64,000 nt of DNA from Candidatus Puniceispirillum sp. Its GTDB lineage: Bacteria; Pseudomonadota; Alphaproteobacteria; Puniceispirillales; Puniceispirillaceae. Under the pieces are notes generated by a model. That model made no database searches and was not told where the DNA came from. It worked only from the letters and a program-made list of their open reading frames with translations. The DNA lies in the NCBI GenBank assembly GCA_038116935.1, contig JAYOFA010000005.1, positions 42,208 to 106,207 of the forward strand, in the 5' to 3' direction. Positions 33,446 to 45,159 of this stretch are shown piece after piece (the stretch's first letter is position 1; each line of letters begins with the position of its first letter). Position numbers and translations under genes: made by a program.

Positions 33446-33449
33446 CGGG

Positions 33450-34682
33450 TCACACCTTGCGTAGGGCAAGGGTGGCGTTGGTGCCGCCAAAGCCAAATGA
33501 GTTGGACAGAGCAAGATTGATCGCGACGTCATCAAGCCGTGTTTGCGCCACCGGAATATCGCCAATCGCCGGGTCTGGGTTCTGGATATTGGCTGACGCA
33601 GCAATGAAATTATTTTGCATCATGATCAGCGTGTAAATCGCTTCTTGCACGCCGGTCGCGCCAAGCGAATGACCGGTTAGGGATTTGGTCGAGGTCACGA
33701 TTGGCACATGGCCCCGCGGGGTAAACACGGCGCGGATTGCGTCCAGTTCTTTGACATCGCCAACCGGTGTCGAGGTGCCATGGGCGTTGATATAATCGAC
33801 CTTCTCGGTCAGGGCGTTGCCGTCAAAACCGGCCAACGCCAAATTCATGCATCGCACCGCCCCTTCGCCTGACGGGGCCACCATATCCTCACCGTCAGAA
33901 TTGGCCCCATAGCCAACCAGTTCGGCATAGATTTTAGCGCCGCGGGCCAGCGCATGATCCATATCTTCCAACACAACCATGCCGCCGCCGCCAGCAATCA
34001 CAAAACCATCACGACCAGCATCATAGGGCCGTGAGGCAAGCTCTGGCGTGTCGTTATATTTCGATGACATTGCGCCCATCGCGTCAAATAGTACGGACAA
34101 GGTCCAGTGCAATTCCTCGCCGCCGCCAGCAAACACAATATCTTGCGCGCCACTACGGATGGCATCAGCACCGGCAGTGATACAGTGCGCCGAGGTCGAA
34201 CAGGCCGACGAGATCGAATAATTGATACCGCGAATTTTGAAAAATGTTGCAATACAGGCAGACACCGTCGATGACATACAGCGTGGCACCATATAGGGGC
34301 CGACGCGCTTTGGCCCTTTTTCGCGGGTGATGTCCGCGGCTGCCAACAAGTTGGCCGTTGACGGCCCGCCGGATCCGGCGACAAGACCGGTGCGTTCGTT
34401 TGATATGTCGCTTGCTTCTAGCCCTGAATCATCAATGGCCTGCTGCATGGCCAGCACCGCATAGGCGGCCCCTTCCCCCATGAACCGCAATTGTTTACGG
34501 TCAACATGTTCGCTGACGTCCAGCTTTACCGTACCGTGAATCTGGCTGCGAAAGCCCAGTTCAGCATATTCGGGAGCCGCCACAATGCCCGAGGTCCCAT
34601 TCCGCAATGACTGCGTTACCTCGCTGACATTATTGCCGATTGATGAAACAATACCAATTCCGGTAATGGCAACACGACGCAT
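33450..34682 (-). CDS. fabB: 3-oxoacyl-ACP synthase I
   Basis: Active-site Cys in [15 protein letters not shown], plus [12 protein letters not shown] and [13 protein letters not shown]. The ATG at 34682 (MRRVAITG) is preceded by GAAGGAG. Confidence 0.93.
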   Translation of the reverse strand: MRRVAITGIGIVSSIGNNVSEVTQSLRNGTSGIVAAPEYAELGFRSQIHGTVKLDVSEHVDRKQLRFMGEGAAYAVLAMQQAIDDSGLEASDISNERTGLVAGSGGPSTANLLAAADITREKGPKRVGPYMVPRCMSSTVSACIATFFKIRGINYSISSACSTSAHCITAGADAIRSGAQDIVFAGGGEELHWTLSVLFDAMGAMSSKYNDTPELASRPYDAGRDGFVIAGGGGMVVLEDMDHALARGAKIYAELVGYGANSDGEDMVAPSGEGAVRCMNLALAGFDGNALTEKVDYINAHGTSTPVGDVKELDAIRAVFTPRGHVPIVTSTKSLTGHSLGATGVQEAIYTLIMMQNNFIAASANIQNPDPAIGDIPVAQTRLDDVAINLALSNSFGFGGTNATLALRKV

Positions 34683-34687
34683 GATGA

Positions 34688-35206
34688 TCAAGCTCCTTCA
34701 GGGGTAAACAGGCCGACCCGAATATCATTCGCTTCGAAAACGACCTCGCCGTCACACAACACCTTGCCATCGGCAATGCCCATGACCAACCGGCGCATGA
34801 TCACCCGTTTGATATCAAGCCGGAACGTGACCAGCTTGTTGGTTGGCAAAATCTGGCCGGTGAATTTCACTTCCCCAACCGATAGCGCCCGCCCGCGCCC
34901 AAGGCCGCCTGACCAGCCAAGAAAAAAGCCGACAAGCTGCCACAACGCATCCATGCCAAGACAGCCCGGCATGACCGGATCACCGTCAAAGTGGCAGGGG
35001 AAAAACCATAGGTCGGGGTGAATATCGAATTCGGCGTCAATCTGGCCTTTGCCAAAAGCGCCGCCAGTATCGTCAATACGGGTGATTCGGTCACACATCA
35101 GCATTGGCGGTAATGGTAACTGTGGGTTGCCCGGGCCGAACATTTCGCCTTTTGCACAGCTGATCAATTCATCATAGGTAAAGGCGTTCTGATCCTTTGG
35201 TGACAT
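34688..35206 (-). CDS. fabA: 3-hydroxydecanoyl-ACP dehydratase/isomerase
   Basis: [24 protein letters not shown] active-site region. The N-terminus [37 protein letters not shown] aligns to E. coli FabA from my memory of that sequence. Confidence 0.93.
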   Translation of the reverse strand: MSPKDQNAFTYDELISCAKGEMFGPGNPQLPLPPMLMCDRITRIDDTGGAFGKGQIDAEFDIHPDLWFFPCHFDGDPVMPGCLGMDALWQLVGFFLGWSGGLGRGRALSVGEVKFTGQILPTNKLVTFRLDIKRVIMRRLVMGIADGKVLCDGEVVFEANDIRVGLFTPEGA

Positions 35207-35401
35207 ATCCGTTTCCCCGTTTGGGCGGCGGCGCCCTTGTTGTTGTTTCACCGCTGATATACTACGCTGGCCATCAGTGTTTAACGGGTCTTGGCCGGGC
35301 CGGATCAGGCTGGCAAACCCGTCCTATAAAAAGCACGAAACGCCCCCTAAAGCCAAGGCATTATTGACATTTTCGATCTGACCACCCATTTTGACCGGGT
35401 G

Positions 35402-35863
35402 ATGCAACGTAACATAAGTCAAAATAGCCACCAAAAAACCGCGGTGCCTGATGCGGGCGACCTGACCCATCGGTTGCGGATGGCGGGTTTGCGCCCGACA
35501 CGCCAGCGTTTGGCGATTGCGGCCTTGTTGCTGGATGGACGACACCGCCATGTTACTGCCGACAGCCTCGCCGCGGAAATTGCCGAATCCGGCGAGCGCG
35601 TGGCCGGGGCGACGATCTATAATGTGCTGAACCAATTTACCGCCGCCGGATTGCTGCGCCGGGTCATGGTGCGGAACGACTACAGCCTGTTTGATACGAA
35701 CACGGCGCATCATCATCATTTCTATCGGCCGGATACGGATCAGCTAACCGACATCCCCGGTGATGATGTGGTATTGTCGCGTTTGCCAGCCGCACCAGAT
35801 GGCGCCGAAATTGCAAGTGTCCATGTGGTGGTGCATCTCAGCCCAAAATCGACTTCCCGATAA
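35402..35863 (+). CDS. irr: Iron response regulator Irr (Fur superfamily)
   Basis: GLRPTRQRLAIAALL DNA-binding helix, FDTNTAHHHHFY His-cluster typical of Irr, and no cysteine anywhere (so no CxxC zinc site as in Fur/Zur/PerR). Divergent from fabA, as in many alphaproteobacteria. Confidence 0.85.
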   Translation: MQRNISQNSHQKTAVPDAGDLTHRLRMAGLRPTRQRLAIAALLLDGRHRHVTADSLAAEIAESGERVAGATIYNVLNQFTAAGLLRRVMVRNDYSLFDTNTAHHHHFYRPDTDQLTDIPGDDVVLSRLPAAPDGAEIASVHVVVHLSPKSTSR

Positions 35864-35900
35864 TTTACTAAAACCCACCCCCTGATAATCTGTAAGCCAG

Positions 35901-35917
35901 TTTACAATCATTCTAAA
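35901..35917 (+). promoter_or_regulatory. Irr-box / iron control element (ICE)-like palindrome upstream of katG
   Basis: TTTACAA-TCA-TTCTAAA has one mismatch against TTTAGAA-N3-TTCTAAA. It sits 6 nt upstream of a TTGACC-N17-TATCTT promoter-like element (35924-35952). Confidence 0.55.
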
Positions 35918-35955
35918 CAAGCCTTGACCCTGTCCCCTGTGCTTCCTATCTTTAG

Positions 35956-38184
<2,229 letters not shown>

Positions 38185-38209
38185 CACAGGCGCTAGACAA
38201 AACCTATGG

Positions 38210-38237
38210 CGGCCGGCATTTTTGCCGGCCGTTTTTT
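38210..38237 (+). terminator. Rho-independent terminator after katG
   Basis: Perfect 9-bp stem CGGCCGGCA / TGCCGGCCG, loop TTTT, then TTTTTT. Confidence 0.85.
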
Positions 38238-38313
38238 GACGTGATGTTGTGCCGACAGGGGCAGGCCGTCGGTGCTTTTCAGGCGGTTCTTCAGGGCATT
38301 ATTCGAGCGGGTA

Positions 38314-38859
38314 TTATTCGAGGCTTTCATCGGCTAGCAAACCCCAGATCGCTTGCCGTCTGATCCAGCCCTTGACCGTTTCAGTGCTGATTCGGCACCA
38401 GTCGCGCGGGCAGGACTCAAGGCTGACTAACGCGTTGCGCTCGGCGAGCGCAATCACCGGCGAATCAGGATCATCATCATCGTGAATTTCAGCCATATGG
38501 GTGCGGACCAGCGCCATGCGTTTCAGTGATAGGCCAGCGCCATGAATCCAGCCACTGGTGCCTTCATTGTCAACGACTTTGCGCCAAATACCAAATTCTG
38601 CATCGACAAGAAGCGGTAGGCCGGCCTTGCGATATTGCCACAATACTGGATATTCGCGGCCCGGCCCGCTGCGCAAATTCGCCTCGTCAAATTTCAACGT
38701 GCCAAAACGCGGCACCGGCAATCCACTCCCCCGGACCGTCAATTTGGTGGTATCGGCCGCGGCGACCGTTGCCGCCATTATTGTCAGGCCTACCGCCACC
38801 ATCAGTGAAACAAGCGAAAATGGTCGGTCTGTGGTGTGTCGGCAGAAATTTTTTTTCAT
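38314..38859 (-). CDS. SH3-like (DUF1058-type) domain protein, secreted
   Basis: Signal/TM segment FSLVSLMVAVGLTIMAATVAAA and SH3b-like ANLRSGPGREYPVLWQYRKAGLPL. Start trimmed to the ATG at 38859. Confidence 0.7.
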   Translation of the reverse strand: MKKNFCRHTTDRPFSLVSLMVAVGLTIMAATVAAADTTKLTVRGSGLPVPRFGTLKFDEANLRSGPGREYPVLWQYRKAGLPLLVDAEFGIWRKVVDNEGTSGWIHGAGLSLKRMALVRTHMAEIHDDDDPDSPVIALAERNALVSLESCPRDWCRISTETVKGWIRRQAIWGLLADESLE

Positions 38860-39020
38860 GTGTTTGGCGGTTCTGGTGGAGTTTTGTTGGGATTTGTTGC
38901 ACATTGTAAGGCGTCCAAGCCATGATGTACTGTACCTCAAGCGCGGGCTTTAGACCAAGTTTTTGTCAGTCAGCGCTGGCGTCATATCGTCAAACACCGT
39001 CATGGGATAGAGTTACGGGA

Positions 39021-40007
39021 ATGAGTCAAAAAAAGCCAAAAGTGATTTTGACACGCAAATTGCCGGAAACCACCGAAACGCGGATGCGTGAGCTTTTTGA
39101 CACGACATTGAATCACGATGATCGTGCGATGAGCCGTGAACAGCTTGAAGCGGCGGTCAAGACGGCTGATGTTCTGGTGCCGACAGTAACCGATAAAATT
39201 GATACTGACCTGATCGCGTGCGCTGGCGACCAATTGCGGTTGATCGCGTCGTTCGGCACCGGCGTTGACCATTTGGATCTGGCGGCGGCCAAGGCGCGCG
39301 GAATCACCGTTACCAACACCCCGGGCGTGCTGACTGAAGACACCGCCGATGTCACAATGGCGCTTATTTTGGCGGTGCCGCGGCGGATCGCTGAAGGCGA
39401 TGCTTTGGCACGCTCCGGTGATTGGCAGGGCTGGTCGCCGACCGGCATGCTTGGCCATCGGATCAATGGCAAGCGGCTTGGCATTGTCGGCATGGGCCGT
39501 ATTGGGTGTGCGGTGGCGCGGCGCGCCCGCGGCTTTGGCTTGTCGATCCATTATCACAATCGAAAGCCGGTCCATCCACAAACCGAAGCTGAGCTTGAAG
39601 CGACCTATTGGGATTCGCTGGAACAGATGCTGGCCCGTGTTGATATTGTATCCGTCAATTGCCCGCATACCGCGGCCACCAAGCATTTATTGTCGCGTGG
39701 CCGGTTGGCGCTGATGCAGCCGTCGGCCTATCTTGTCAATACATCGCGTGGTGATGTGATTGATGAGGCGGCGTTGGCCGATCTGGTGGCACAGCGCCAT
39801 ATTGCCGGGGCCGGTCTCGATGTTTATGCCGATGAACCGCATATTCCGCAAGCTTTGCGCGATTTGCCGAATGTGGTGCTGTTGCCACATATCGGGTCAG
39901 CAACGATTGAAGGTCGGTTGCAGATGGGCGACAAGGTGATCATCAATGTGCAGACCTTTTGGGATGGTCACACACCACCAGACCGGGTTATCGAGGCGTT
40001 GCTCTAA
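39021..40007 (+). CDS. D-isomer-specific 2-hydroxyacid dehydrogenase (glyoxylate/hydroxypyruvate reductase-like)
   Basis: NAD-binding LGIVGMGRIGCAVARRA and catalytic-region LLPHIGSAT. Start at the ATG at 39021 (MSQKKPKVILTRKLPE). Confidence 0.85.
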   Translation: MSQKKPKVILTRKLPETTETRMRELFDTTLNHDDRAMSREQLEAAVKTADVLVPTVTDKIDTDLIACAGDQLRLIASFGTGVDHLDLAAAKARGITVTNTPGVLTEDTADVTMALILAVPRRIAEGDALARSGDWQGWSPTGMLGHRINGKRLGIVGMGRIGCAVARRARGFGLSIHYHNRKPVHPQTEAELEATYWDSLEQMLARVDIVSVNCPHTAATKHLLSRGRLALMQPSAYLVNTSRGDVIDEAALADLVAQRHIAGAGLDVYADEPHIPQALRDLPNVVLLPHIGSATIEGRLQMGDKVIINVQTFWDGHTPPDRVIEALL

Positions 40008-40777
40008 CCGCTGCCACAACAGCTGCAGTCAGGTCGTGCCGTGGTGGTGATGTCCATGAAATGACTGCCTGCCGCATCAATCAATAACAGCCGGCCGGTC
40101 AAGCCGTCAGGCAGGCCAAGCGCCAGCTTGATCGCTTCTAAGGCTTGCATGGTGCCGACAATCCCGGCCACCGGGCCTAAAATACCAGCCTCCGAACAGC
40201 CGGGCGCAAGGCGCGCATCAGCCGGCGATGGAAATACGCAGCGATAGCACGGGCTGCCTTGATGCCCGTCAATGCTGCTTTGAAATACCGACACCTGACC
40301 TTCCATCCGCACCGCGCCACCAAACACCAGCGGCCGTTGATAATGGTGCGCGGCGTCGCCAAGAAGATAGCGGGTGTCGGCATTGTCGGTACAGTCGATC
40401 ACCATATCATGGGCGCGAAACAGTGCCGCGGCATTGTCAGCGGTCAACCGGTCGGAATGGTGCGATATCTGAATGGATGGGTTCAGCGCGGCAGCGGCCC
40501 GTGCGGCCTCTTCGGCCTTGGGCTGGCCAATGCGCCGGTCTTGGTAGATGATTTGCCGGTTCAGGTCGGATCGTGACACGCTATCATCATCGATGATGGT
40601 CAGATGACCGACTCCGGCCGCCGCCAAATACAGCAAAACCGGTGCACCAAGTCCGCCAGCACCAACAATCAGCATCCGCGTGGCAAGAAGACGTTCCTGA
40701 CCATCCTCACCAATGGCCGGCATGATCGCCTGGCGTGCATAGCGTTCAAGATCATCATCATTTAACATCGTCATCAA
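40004..40777 (-). CDS. moeB: ThiF/MoeB-family adenylyltransferase (molybdopterin-synthase adenylyltransferase-like)
   Basis: [23 protein letters not shown] nucleotide-binding motif and two Cys pairs (CYRC, CSCC). Confidence 0.82.
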   Translation of the reverse strand: MMTMLNDDDLERYARQAIMPAIGEDGQERLLATRMLIVGAGGLGAPVLLYLAAAGVGHLTIIDDDSVSRSDLNRQIIYQDRRIGQPKAEEAARAAAALNPSIQISHHSDRLTADNAAALFRAHDMVIDCTDNADTRYLLGDAAHHYQRPLVFGGAVRMEGQVSVFQSSIDGHQGSPCYRCVFPSPADARLAPGCSEAGILGPVAGIVGTMQALEAIKLALGLPDGLTGRLLLIDAAGSHFMDITTTARPDCSCCGSG

Positions 40778-41226
40778 TATCCTGTAGAGCCAAAGCCACC
40801 ATCGCCCCGGTCGGTGTCGGGGAGGCTTTCGGTTGCGACCGGGGTAACCTGCGTCACCGGCGCCACGACCATCTGCGCGATCCGCATGCCGCGCTCAATA
40901 GTAAAATCCTGAGCGCCAAGATTAACCAGCAGGATTGCGACCTCGCCGCGGTAATCGCTGTCGATGGTGCCGGGCGCATTGGCAACGGTCACGCCATGTT
41001 TTAGGGCGAGACCTGAGCGCGGCCGGATTTGGGCCTCATAGCCAGCCGGTACCGCCATCGCAAAGCCGGTCGGAATCGCCAGCCGTTCACCCGCACCCAG
41101 AATGACTGATCTGTCGACAGCCGCCGCCACATCCATGCCGGCCGCCCCGTGGGTGGCATAGGCGGGAAGCGGCAAGTCCAGCCCATGCGGTAATCGCATA
41201 ATCGGCAACCGTAAATTTATTGTCAT
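40774..41226 (-). CDS. dut: dUTP diphosphatase
   Basis: [12 protein letters not shown] motif, 150 aa. Overlaps the coaBC stop and the moeB start by 4 nt each. Confidence 0.94.
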   Translation of the reverse strand: MTINLRLPIMRLPHGLDLPLPAYATHGAAGMDVAAAVDRSVILGAGERLAIPTGFAMAVPAGYEAQIRPRSGLALKHGVTVANAPGTIDSDYRGEVAILLVNLGAQDFTIERGMRIAQMVVAPVTQVTPVATESLPDTDRGDGGFGSTGY

Positions 41227-42638
41227 ACGTGTTCGGCCTCTATCTTGTCGGCGAGTTTTTCCGCCAGCTCGGTTTTCAACATGTCAGGCCAGCGTTCGCT
41301 TCCCGATGCGGTGATCAAAAGGGCGCTGTTTCTGGCGGTGCCAAACACCGGATTCTCGGCGCCAGCAACCTGGTTTGCGACAATCCAGTCACAGCCTTTA
41401 CGCTGCCGTTTGGCGATCGCATTTTGTTCCAGATTATCGGTCTCGGCAGCAAATCCGATCACCAGGCGCGGGCGGTTAGCCGAGGCTGACAAGATGGCCA
41501 GAATATCCGGGTTTTGGGTCAGCGTCAGCGTCAGGCCAGCATCCGGGTTGGCGGGCTTTTTCATTTTGGACTTGGCCGGTTCAGCCACCCGCCAATCGGC
41601 AACCGCGGCGGCGCAAATGGCAATATCGGCGGGCAAATTGGCAATACAGGCATCGCGCATCTGCATTGCGGTTTGCACCTGTATGGCGGTGACGCCAGAT
41701 GGTGTTGGCTCATTCACCGGACCGCTGATCAGCGTGACGCGGGCGCCGCGCATCGCCAGCGCGGCGGCAATCGCATGGCCTTGTTTGCCGGATGAATGGT
41801 TGGCAATAAAGCGGACCGAATCAATCGGCTCAACCGTTGGGCCCGAGGTGACAATCACATGTTTTCCGGCCAGCTTGCTTGGCGGGCGTGCGGTAACAAG
41901 ATCAAGGGCGGCGGCGGCAATATCAAGCGGCTCATTCATTCGCCCTTCCCCTTCCTCGCCACAGGCGGTATCGCCGCTGGCCGGGCCAATGATATGCACA
42001 CCGCGTTGCTTGAGGCGGGTCAAATTCTCTTGGGTTGCCGGATGCGCCCACATCGCCGGATTCATCGCCGGCGCCATGGCTACGGTGGCGGTGGTAGCCA
42101 GCAATACGGTGGTGGCCAAATCGTCGGCGAGGCCAGCAGCGGCGCGGGCGATAAAATTGGCCGTTGCCGGGACCACCAACACCAGATCCGCGCCACGGGC
42201 CAGGTTGATATGCCCCATTTCCGCCTCGTCGGTCAGCGAAAACAAACTGTCGTAACATTTTTCACCGGTCAGGGCGGCAAGGCTAAGCGGCGAAATGAAT
42301 TCTTTGGCGCTTTGGGTCATTACACCGGTCACATGAGCGCCCCGATCAATCAGGCGCCGCGCGGTTTCGAGCGCCTTATAGGCGGCAATACCACCAGACA
42401 CAATCAACAGGATTCGCGGGCCGCTGGTGGTGCGCCCGGCAGGGGTGGCCAGAATTTCCAGATTATCGGCACTAAGCTGATAGCCTTTTTCGGTGAGGGC
42501 GGCATAAATGAGAGGCTTTGCACGCTTTGGTAAATGACCCTTGGTCAGATAATTGCTGATCGCGCTTGGGCCAACTTGAAGCAACTGCTGAAGCGCGTCG
42601 CGTCCGCCAAGCGCTGTGATCAAAGCTGATAGATTCAA
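41223..42638 (-). CDS. coaBC: Bifunctional phosphopantothenoylcysteine decarboxylase/synthetase CoaBC with ~70-aa N-terminal HTH-like extension
   Basis: [15 protein letters not shown] (flavoprotein domain) and [13 protein letters not shown] (CTP-dependent ligase domain). The TTG start at 42638 has GAGG 6 nt upstream, and there is no in-frame ATG before the catalytic domain. Confidence 0.88.
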   Translation of the reverse strand: MNLSALITALGGRDALQQLLQVGPSAISNYLTKGHLPKRAKPLIYAALTEKGYQLSADNLEILATPAGRTTSGPRILLIVSGGIAAYKALETARRLIDRGAHVTGVMTQSAKEFISPLSLAALTGEKCYDSLFSLTDEAEMGHINLARGADLVLVVPATANFIARAAAGLADDLATTVLLATTATVAMAPAMNPAMWAHPATQENLTRLKQRGVHIIGPASGDTACGEEGEGRMNEPLDIAAAALDLVTARPPSKLAGKHVIVTSGPTVEPIDSVRFIANHSSGKQGHAIAAALAMRGARVTLISGPVNEPTPSGVTAIQVQTAMQMRDACIANLPADIAICAAAVADWRVAEPAKSKMKKPANPDAGLTLTLTQNPDILAILSASANRPRLVIGFAAETDNLEQNAIAKRQRKGCDWIVANQVAGAENPVFGTARNSALLITASGSERWPDMLKTELAEKLADKIEAEHV

Positions 42639-42705
42639 AAGTCACCTCGTATTGCCACGTGGCTAAGTTGCCACAATATTCACAAAAAATCACAAAAATA
42701 TTATT

Positions 42706-44217
42706 TTAATGAATTTCCATGAAAAAACTAAGCATGGCTAAAAGCAACGCCAGCATCGCCACGCGGCCCGGCCAGACGGGCGCGGCTGGTGGTGGGCTGG
42801 CATCAAGCGCGTCAATGACTTTCGGCAAGCGTTGGACAAGCCGATGAAGATCACGCGCAAACTGTGCCGCTTGACGGGGCATACTGGCCTCGGTCTGCAT
42901 CCAGTCTTCGGCAAGCGGCCGCGCCAATTGCCACATATCGGCTGCCGGATTCAGCTGTCGGGCGACCCCTTCGGCCATCATCATGGTTTTTTGCAGGAGG
43001 TTAAACTGCGTTTGCACCTCTATTTCGAACCGGTTGGCAATCTGCAAGATTTGGCCAAGCACGATCCCAAGCGATACATCACCAAGCGGCTTGTCCATCA
43101 CCGGGTCGGCGACCGCCCGTATTGATTGGGCAAAATGATGCAACGATACCCCGTCATGAAGCATGCCGGCATCAAAATGCAGCTGCGCGACCTGATCGTA
43201 ATCACGTTCCAACATCGCGTTCAGCAGGCGCGCCAAAAATAACCGGTCGGTCCAATCCAAATGCCCCATTATGCCAAAATCAATTGGCACCAAAACGCCG
43301 TCCGCGCGCACGAAAATATTGCCGGGATGCATGTCGGCGTGAAAATACCCGTCGCGAAATACCTGATTGAAAAAACTGCGCGCGGCATATTCGGTGATGG
43401 TGCTGATATCATGCCCGGCAGCGTGCAAAGCCGGCAGATCATCAATGCGAATTCCGTCGACCCATTCGACAATCAGCATGCGCCGGCTGCTATGCTCAAG
43501 ATCGACCCACGGGATATAAATGCCGCTATCGTCGCGCATATTGTCACCAAGCCGGCCTGCCGCTGCCGCTTCCAACCGCAAATCCAACTCGACCTCGGAC
43601 AGCGCCCGAAACTGGACGACAGCCTCAACGAGGTGAAGCCGCCTTAGGCCCGGTGCCACCCATTCGATGATTTGGGCAAGCGCATAAAATAATGCCGTAT
43701 CGGCGGCCATCTGCCGTTCGATATCTGGCCGCAACAGCTTGACAGCGACATCACGCCCATCGTGAAGCGTCGCACGATGCACTTGGGCGATTGACGCGGC
43801 GGCCACCGGCGCATCATCAAATTGGGCAAATACAGCATCAACCGGCTGACCGGTTTCCTGTTCAATTTGCTGTCGTGCCTTGGCGGCGGCGAATGGTGGC
43901 ATCCGATCTTGAAGCCTGGCCAGCGCCTGCCCTAAAGCCGGACCGATCAAATCTGACCGGGTTGATAGCGCTTGGCCAAATTTGACAAAACCGGGCCCAA
44001 GGCGCGCTAATGCCGCACAAAGCGCGGCCCCGGTGTCAGATGCGGCGCGACGCGACCGGACCAGCCTGTCAAGTGACGCACAAAGCCAGCGTAGCCAGCC
44101 CGGCAAAAGCCCAATCGTCGCGATTGGTCCCAAAACGCCACCGCGGCCAAGGTGCCAGGCAATCACCGGCAGGCGCAATAAGGCCCGTCCCATGCTGACC
44201 GCGCCAATAATCATCAA
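42706..44217 (-). CDS. ubiB: Ubiquinone biosynthesis protein UbiB (ABC1/atypical kinase family)
   Basis: APVAAASIAQVHRA ABC1 motif and a C-terminal TM segment. ubiE-ubiB overlap by 4 nt. Confidence 0.92.
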   Translation of the reverse strand: MMIIGAVSMGRALLRLPVIAWHLGRGGVLGPIATIGLLPGWLRWLCASLDRLVRSRRAASDTGAALCAALARLGPGFVKFGQALSTRSDLIGPALGQALARLQDRMPPFAAAKARQQIEQETGQPVDAVFAQFDDAPVAAASIAQVHRATLHDGRDVAVKLLRPDIERQMAADTALFYALAQIIEWVAPGLRRLHLVEAVVQFRALSEVELDLRLEAAAAGRLGDNMRDDSGIYIPWVDLEHSSRRMLIVEWVDGIRIDDLPALHAAGHDISTITEYAARSFFNQVFRDGYFHADMHPGNIFVRADGVLVPIDFGIMGHLDWTDRLFLARLLNAMLERDYDQVAQLHFDAGMLHDGVSLHHFAQSIRAVADPVMDKPLGDVSLGIVLGQILQIANRFEIEVQTQFNLLQKTMMMAEGVARQLNPAADMWQLARPLAEDWMQTEASMPRQAAQFARDLHRLVQRLPKVIDALDASPPPAAPVWPGRVAMLALLLAMLSFFMEIH

Positions 44218-45008
44218 TCAAGCTTCCATCCGGAATGGATACAGGCGATACCGGCCGATAGCCGTCGCACCCGAATTTGCGCAAAGCCACCCGCGGCAAA
44301 CATATCGGCAAGAATTTCTTTCGCCGGAAATTGCCGAATTGATTCGGCAAGATAGCGATAGCTGTCGCGGTCACCGGCAATCATCTGACCCATTACCGGC
44401 AGCGCATCAAATGACCACCGATCATAGAGGCGCGCCAAAGTCGCATTCTCAACATGGGAAAATTCAAGGCATAAAAACCGGCCGCCCGGCTTCAAAATAC
44501 GATAGGCCTCGTCAATCGCCGCCTGTCGGTCGGTAACATTGCGCAGGCCAAAGGCGATGGTCACAAAATCGGCATAATGATTGGGAAAAGGTAGACATTC
44601 GGCATTGGCCACACACCAATCAAGCTGGCTGGCACGGGCCTGTAAATCACGCCGTTTGCGCCCCGCAGTCAGCATCGCGTGATTGATATCGGTGATGCAG
44701 GCGCTACCACCCCCCGCCCGCAAAAACCGCAAACTGATGTCACCGGTGCCACCGGCCAAATCGACAAGCCGTTGATGCGGTTGTGGGGCCATCCAGTCAA
44801 TCAGCGCCGCTTTCCATAACCGATGCACACCGCCACTCATCAAATCATTCATCAGGTCATAGCGCGCGGCAACCGAATCGAACACCCCACGCACCAAGCC
44901 GGCTTTGTCAGCCCGCGGGACATCGCGAAAGCCAAAATCGATCGTGTCGTCTTCAACAGTGGTAGCTGTTGATCGGTCACTGTCGGCAAAAGTTGTTTTT
45001 CCCATCAA
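44214..45008 (-). CDS. ubiE: Ubiquinone/menaquinone biosynthesis C-methyltransferase
   Basis: YDLMNDLMSGGVHRLWK and SAM motif LVDLAGGTGDIS. Confidence 0.94.
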   Translation of the reverse strand: MMGKTTFADSDRSTATTVEDDTIDFGFRDVPRADKAGLVRGVFDSVAARYDLMNDLMSGGVHRLWKAALIDWMAPQPHQRLVDLAGGTGDISLRFLRAGGGSACITDINHAMLTAGRKRRDLQARASQLDWCVANAECLPFPNHYADFVTIAFGLRNVTDRQAAIDEAYRILKPGGRFLCLEFSHVENATLARLYDRWSFDALPVMGQMIAGDRDSYRYLAESIRQFPAKEILADMFAAGGFAQIRVRRLSAGIACIHSGWKLD

Positions 45009-45159
45009 TTCTATCCTAACTTTGATGGCGTCATGGCTGGTTGCACAATAACCGCCTATCTATAGCAGTCTGGAGCAAAATACCAAATGAAGAAGCGTTT
45101 TGCCGCCCAAATCAATGTTATTGGCTTCGCATGTTGCTGCCCACAAAAAAGGAATTCCG

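Noticed and set aside
33446-33604. 53-codon N-terminal extension of the fabI ORF overlapping fabB
   Set aside because: It overlaps the fabB C-terminus. The FabI homology starts at MQRGNLMAGKRGLVMGV, right after the fabB stop.
41245-42255. 336-aa ORF antisense to coaBC
   Set aside because: An Ala/Ser/Arg-rich mirror frame of coaBC. CoaBC motifs on the minus strand explain the region.
42651-42666. CACGTG-centred palindrome as a parS site
   Set aside because: The flanks (ATTGC-CACGTG-GCTAA) do not match TGTTT-CACGTG-AAACA. Only the central hexamer is shared.
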